A DNA stretch of 64,000 nt from Paramecium tetraurelia (lineage: Eukaryota). The DNA lies in assembly GCA_000165425.1 (NCBI GenBank), contig CT868496.1:310001-374000 (forward strand). The letters are read 5' to 3'. Of the stretch, positions 57,336 through 64,000 are shown in pieces (position 1 is the stretch's first letter; each line of letters opens with the position of its first letter). Made by a program: the position numbers and the translations under genes. Under the pieces are notes generated by a model, which had not been told where the DNA came from, did no database searches, and worked only from the letters and a program-made list of their open reading frames with translations.

Positions 57336-58298
57336 TATAATAATAACAATACAATAATAATAAAATTCAATATTTTTTCAAATTAACAACTTTGACATCT
57401 CTATTCAACTTCATTCCACATAGAAGTGTTCAATGAATCAATCAAACAATTGTACTTATTTAATTTAGTCAAATTAAACCCTTAAATGCATGATCCTTCT
57501 TCCCATGTACAAGGCTTAGCTCGTTTTAAATCATCTGTTAAAATACTTTTGCAATCAGTTTCTGATGCATAATCAGAACATTCTTTCTCCATACATGTAC
57601 TATTATCCTTAATCCATTTGCAATAATTTTCTCTTTTATCACACTTATCTTAAAATCCCGAGAGATCTGCACAATCTTTACTCTCCTCACCAATACAATA
57701 TTGATATTGCTAACACGTATTAACTTCATCCGATTCATCCTAGCACTGCGAAAAGGTTCTCCAAGTGCATACAGCATATTCATATTGATTGCACAGACTC
57801 TCATCATTTAATGTGAAACAAGTCATAAAGCCACCACCTGATTTTGATAGATCATTGATGCAATTGTATTTCCCATTACTCTACTATTCCTCATCGTATG
57901 TACAAAACTTAGTTTAAGTGCTCTTTAACAAGCAATCCTCTTTTTTATCAACTTAATAGGACCCACATCCAGAAAACAGTTCACATGCGCCATTATTGTT
58001 CCAGACACATTCGCCTGTGTTATCACAAAGTTCTTGGGTCTTGATATCTGTACAAAATAATGCTGTACACTTAAATTTTGGGACTGCTAAGGATAGTGCA
58101 GTCTTATTTTTTAAAGATGCTTTATCTAGATTGATTCTTTTATGATGATAATGTGTATGGTGCTATTTTGCAATTGAATCTTAAGCAATCATCTTTGGTT
58201 ATCATTTATGCACATGAACATTGAATAGTAGATAATTGTATGAAATCTAATGCGTAGATAGAGGATGTTATTAGATTAATAATAATAAATTATATCAT
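57332..58298 (-). CDS. Cys-rich GPI-type surface protein (mini-antigen-like), one apparent frameshift
   Basis: Signal peptide, CSCAQ, periodic C..W..C repeats, hydrophobic C-terminus. A +1 shift is needed near the A-run at about 58166-58169. Confidence 0.72.
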
Positions 58299-58317
58299 TA
58301 TTATTTTATTTATATTT

Positions 58318-59445
58318 CATTCTTCATTGGGTTGTTGATGACTTTCTCTTGAATCTTCTCAACGTATAGTTTCTAATCATATTTGTTTTTTATTCCAAAC
58401 GCTCCCATTCCTAAATTCTAAAAGAAATCCGGCCAACCCTCCATAAATTTGATGAGTTCACTTTTCCAAGTATTAGGCCCTTGAACCAGGATCCAATTGT
58501 AATTACTCTTGATTCTCCTTATTCAAAAAATATATTCAATTGTTCTCCAGAAAAGAAATAATCTAATCTTTCAACTAAAACATTCGCCGTCTGCTGAATA
58601 TCCGACTCCTCTTTGTCCTTCTATCCACTCTCAATCAGAGTCTACAAGACCTAAATCAAGGCAGCTTCATTTCCTTAAAAGAATTCCTCAGTCAAATAAG
58701 CAATGTGATTATGACAATTCAACTTAACAAACCCTTTCTCAACCAGACTTGCAGCATCAAAGTAAATGACTCTGAAAGATTACACAATATGCTCATATAC
58801 AATTACATCTTTAAATGGTTTTGGAGGTCTGGAATCATCGAATGACTATCTGGGTGGCAACTCAATGACATTGCCTTATGAAATGCCTAAACTTTAATCC
58901 TCAGCTTATTTGCTTTCATTCTTAGTCACTTCGACAAACATGGGATCCTGGGACTTTTTTGCACCTCCTCCTCTTGGTCCTCCTCCACCACCTCCTCCTT
59001 GTGTATTCTCCTCCTATTTGGTTTCATAGATCTTGACTATAATTTCACCAGCACCTCCAGGATAGTCACGATAATCATTCTAACTCATATCCCAAGGTGG
59101 TCTATACACATTCCTCTTGAACACATTTGTAGACTCTGGATCAGACTTAGGCCTTTAGAATTTGAAACAATTGATATTGCCTTCAGAGTTGGTGAAGCCT
59201 TGCACTTTACACTTGCTCTTAAAAGTCTTCTTTCCTGGTAAAGTATACCCATCCACAATTACTCTGATGCCATATACTCCTTTGTCCTTGCATTCTACAT
59301 TAATTATGAAGTGCTGATCCACTTCTCCTATGATGCAGATCCCCTCAGGTGTCATTATGTGTTTGTACTCCAAAGGCTTTCCTTTGCATTGTCGAAAAGG
59401 ATCGACAAAAGTTAGTTCGAATGTCTCGTCATTAGAGAGTACCAT
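58318..59445 (-). CDS. Hypothetical protein (beta-rich N-terminal domain, Gly-rich linker)
   Basis: Long code-6 frame MVLSNDETFEL...IRVIVDGY...QGF...FKF...GEIIVKIYE...GGGGGGGPRGGG. The 3' reading frame and stop are ambiguous. Confidence 0.7.
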
Positions 59446-60449
59446 TTTAAATAATGAATTCAATGCCAAATTGGATCAAGCTTATGTATTGGATTAATCT
59501 TAAATACTTCATAAAAAGCGAACTAAAATTAAGCTCTAATTTCATTTCTTCTTCAATTAATTACATTATAAAAGAAATAATAAAATTTAGAAATTACAGT
59601 GCTATAATAAGAAAACATATTAAAAATAAATTGTCATTATTTTATACCCTATAGAGATAATCATCATTAAATAGTGAATTACCTATTATATTCCTAGATT
59701 AATCCTTATTATTCAAGTTGCTAAAGATATAATTGCAACATTTATTTTTTCCAACTGAAAGAAATCATAAACGAATAGTTCAAAGAAGTCTGATCTATGA
59801 CTTAGAAGCATTTATTGAAGAATTGATGATGATGAACTTAATTCAGCAGACAAGTTGTTTCAGGAACATTCTAAAGAATATTCTGTATTTTGACTATCTT
59901 TAGACTTTAGTAGAATCAGAGAGGATAATTCTTTTGTTTTAAATTTGATTCTAGTTAAACTAAGGATTGAACTGTGAAAACATTTGGAATGTGTAATTTC
60001 AATTATGTGAAATTTAAGACAAAAGAAATAGAACTCCTTCAAGGAAATTAAATATTGAAAAGTTAATAATAATTCAATCATTTTAATGTAAAACAGTTTA
60101 ATCTTTAACAAATTGAATAGCAAAGATTATTACCTAATTCAGAATAACTAATATCGAATTATCCATATCAAAATGATTAATTGAAATAAAATTTCAGAAT
60201 TAGACACAGATTCCAGATTAATTATAAATATATATTAAAAATTGATTTATATATCATCATTTTATTATGAATAATATAAATTGACATCTTGTGTATTATA
60301 GATACAAATATAGAAATGCTATTGATTTAATGGGATATCAGACATGAGATGCTTCAGATGGGCATTTACTAAGGAGTATTCTTTAATTATCTGGATTTAA
60401 ATGGAAGCTTTGATTAAATACAGAACATAAATTATTTTATTTAAATTAA

Positions 60450-61274
60450 ATGATCAAAATCCTCCTAACTCTATTCTTTGTTGGGTGTTTGGGAAATAGT
60501 GGATAAAGCGTTGGATAATTCTATACATCAAATTACTGCACTTGTGAATAATTGTAATACTAGAGTGATTGTACATCTATGGGACCTTAGTGTACATGGA
60601 GTGACAATTCATGTTCCACTCTAGACTGTACGAAGGTAACTGATGCTAAAGCATGTGCTGCAAACTTGAAATGTATGTGGACTCAAAACTCTTCTGGTGA
60701 AAGTTCTTGCAAGTTTTTCACCTTCTGTAGTTAATTTTCAGGATCCAGTTAATTACAATGCTTGAATATTTCTAATAATTGCCCTTTCACTGATGGTACT
60801 AAGTGTGGTTCCTCAAATTAATTATATCCTTGTTCACACTTTACTGCCCAATAATATTGCTAGGGATATATCTCATAAGATGGAGTATGCATGTGGACAG
60901 ATGGCACTGGATGCAGAGCAGCACAAGATTGCACTTTATTAAATTAATAATAATGCATTACAGCCCCTAAGGGATGTAAATATACTGAAAATAAATGTTC
61001 CCAATTACTTTGTACTGATTTAACAAGCTAAGAAAGTTGCACCTATGTTATGGATGTCATCTATAAAGGTTATTATCAATTATGTAGTTGGAATTCTACT
61101 ACAGGAAAATGTGCAAATGCTTAAAATTACGGAGGATTAGGATAAGGAAATTGTTACTAATAGACCATGGGTACTGCTAGATGGGTTTCTACTTCTGCTG
61201 GAGGAGAATGTCTATCCTGTTATGCTCAAACGTTATTTGCTTTAATTGTAGCATTATTCATTATTATGATCTGA
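60450..61274 (+). CDS. Cys-rich GPI-type surface protein (mini-antigen-like), 274 aa
   Basis: Intronless, signal peptide, CTCEQL, repeated CxW...C units, C-terminal CLSCYAQTLFALIVALFIIMI*. Confidence 0.85.
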
Positions 61275-61965
61275 TACTTATAGTTCATGATCAAATATTT
61301 GAGATTCAAAATAAATATATTAATTTATTTATCAATATTACTAAATCACTCGATGAATTCCTGGTAATTTCCATCTTTCCAGGTATTCTACCCATTTATA
61401 GTACAGTTTCTATAAATTAATCTAATATAACAATTGGTTTCTGATCATTCTATGTTATCTTTAAGAAATCTTAAATTCTACTTATGCTTCTGGAAAATTT
61501 CTAATAACCATTCTGATTAAGCATTATCAACCCTTTCCATTAAAAAAGTTTTAATGAATTTAATTCTAATCTTATTGATTTAAATTAAATAATATCTGAT
61601 CTAGCGACTAATTTCATTATTGATTGTTTAATTATTATCTAATTCATAAGTTTCTATTTGTATATCTATAGATTTTAACACAAATATTATAGATATATTT
61701 GTTGCTCTCTAAAAAGCAACTATCTATAGAGTTGCATCCATAAATTGAATAATCTTAACAGGTTTTAATTAACACCATTTTAAATGAATTTCAATTTTTT
61801 TTCTAAATCATTTTCTTGTGTACATTAAGGCTTGATAACTAGAATTAACAATCAAAAGAATAAATTGCAATTGCTAAATTATTTCATCAACAATTACCAG
61901 TATTTGGCAATAGATATAAAACAAAAATTAAATTAAATTGATTTCTTTATATTATTTTGATGAAT

Positions 61966-62989
61966 TCACATTTATAAAGTAAAGGAGAGCAATCCTAAAT
62001 CATGGGAAATTACAATTCTCTTTTCTCTTTTTTTTATGTAATATGGATAACCCATATCAAACAAATACTTATGTTTTACTAACTCTTAAGGTATCTGCAT
62101 TACCCTTTAAATAATCATATAAAAAAGTACTTCAAAATGTTAAATTAAATTATTTATTCTTCCTTCGCCAATATAGTGATTGTACCATCATATTCTAATA
62201 GAGTGATTTCATTTTCATGATAATCCAGAGCCACTATCTGTTGCTTTGTGATTTTGATTGCCTTCTACGATTTCTCAATGGGATTATAGATTTTAACTAT
62301 CTTATGATTCTCGACAAATAAGATGCCATCCTTTACAAACCTTCCATGAGAAATATATTCGATCTTTGGGTCAATGTCCAATAAAATGTTCACTTAAGGT
62401 GGGTCATTCAAATGTAAAATTGACAACTTTTTCTTTGCTTCCTTCAAGTATTCCAACATTAACAATTGATCTCCCTTGAAATCGAATGGAACCTAAAGCA
62501 ATGGCATATCTGCATAATATGTATTGCTATCTTGATTTTGCAGATCAAACAAATATAAGCTATTCTTTTTGGTAGAAATGTCCACTCCAATGTCCTTATT
62601 TTATGTTGGTGCAACCGATAATAGTAATGTTTTAGTTTTGTAACATAAGGATAGGGTTGAACTACAGAGTGGAGGAGAATGGGGTCTTTCAAATTTCCAT
62701 TGATGACTCTCTCTCATCTAATAATCGAAAATGTAACCATATACATCTCCTACCACTATGTATACTTTCTCCTATTCGATTGCTTTGGTTTATTTAATTA
62801 TTTACTCACTCCTCTTATGATCTCCTCAAATACATCAGGAATGTATCTCAATTCATTTTAATTATAGAGGTATTATCCGATATACCCACTGATAGCTCCA
62901 AAGATAATCATGTTGTTATCGACATCAAAAGCAGTAATGGGTTCGCCGATTCTTATCTTAACCCACTTATCAAATTTGATTTATAACAT
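61966..62989 (-). CDS. Hypothetical beta-propeller-like protein
   Basis: IGEPITAFDV...IIFGAISGYIG and LFDMGYPYYI, two small introns, TGA at 61966. Confidence 0.72.
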
Positions 62990-63120
62990 ATTATATTAAT
63001 ATGAATATAATCAAAAAATGATAAAACTTATATCATGTATATATATTATAATCATTTTGATAAAAACACTTTTAAATCTGACATATAACAAGTTTACAAT
63101 TTTTAATAACAAACATTCCA

Positions 63121-64000
63121 ATGAATTAGATAAGCAACTTTATTTGTTTTCTCTCTTGTCTCATTCACATTTACTGTTGGGATAACAATCTAATTATTGA
63201 GAATGATAAGCGGCAATATCTATATTTTTTGGAAAATGAAAGATATTATCTTAATGATGTTAACATTGCTATTCCATTCACTAATATGGAGGATTTATAA
63301 GAAAAACTTAATGAGCCATCCTCCTTGCAATTACTATAACAATAACAAGAGCTCAATTTAATTTTTAATGATGAGGATGCAATTCTACTTCCTTTTATAA
63401 GACAATCAGAAAATTATATCGACATCTGTTATTTATAACATTAAATAATAGATTGCAAATTTAGAATCAATAATACTTTGTACAATGAAGAATTAATTGT
63501 AAATCAAATTTAATCAAACTAACTTTTTATTCCTTCAAATTCATGTTAGAATGCTTTTCTTCTTTAAGATGACTTATTCCTCATTCAATGTCATAATCCT
63601 ATCAACCAATTTTAATATTTTATGCTCAATAATTACAGTGAAGTTGTAGATGAAATCACATTTGATCTACCCAAAAATTGCAGATTTGACTCTAAATTTC
63701 AATTCAATAGAATATTCATTAACTCTTTGTAGTGTGAAGTATCAATTGTTTTAGTAGTGGATATGATATATTTAGATGAAAAGTTGCAATTCAACAAGAA
63801 TTATACAAAACTACATGAATTGGCTAACTTTCCAAATCAAGGTAATTTGATTGATCTAAAAATTTGTTAATCCAATATTATATTATTAGGTTTTATTAAT
63901 ATGTTGAGTACTTATAATTTTTAGGATCAATCATTTAAAAGTTTGAAATGGCAATATAAAACATGGTTTCCATATTTATAATCCTGCTTTCCTTTACTAA
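63121..64000 (+). CDS. Secreted/membrane hypothetical protein, 5' part (runs off the window)
   Basis: ATG at 63121, signal-like FICFLSCLIHIYC, frame appears to stay open toward the window end in code 6. Confidence 0.6.

Noticed and set aside
58295..58298. Second ATGA stop-start overlap
   Set aside because: It depends on which of three possible 3' frames the upstream gene uses, and local indel errors make this unresolvable

Overview
This AT-rich, gene-dense eukaryotic window reads as a ciliate macronuclear chromosome segment, most likely Paramecium. TAA/TAG encode Gln (translation table 6), only TGA terminates, genes carry 20-32 nt GT..AG introns, and many intergenic gaps are under 50 nt. The supplied standard-code ORF track is therefore fragmentary, and I re-read the genes by hand in code 6. 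About 30 protein genes are supported: an AIG1-like P-loop GTPase with internal tandem repeats, two MORN proteins, a cNMP-binding protein, cyclin B, a small Tim protein, two CDPKs, a Myb factor, an RBR E3, a probable ATP synthase subunit k, a 1804-aa furin-like Cys-rich membrane protein, a UBC9-like E2, SAS6-like, REEP/Yop1, a trichocyst matrix protein, an anoctamin, Pth, CFAP52-like, an EamA transporter, a RING-H2 E3, NSUN2/Trm4 and two Cys-rich GPI-type surface proteins. Several kb-scale gaps hold decayed gene relics. I found no RNA genes, telomeres, transposons or CRISPR arrays. The strongest leads are an intronless secreted, GPI-type protein with two APCDD1-like domains in an organism without Wnt signalling, a tandem gene pair sharing an unrecognised Cys/His domain, and the repeat-bearing GTPase. 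All family calls come from motif recognition by eye, not from database searches.
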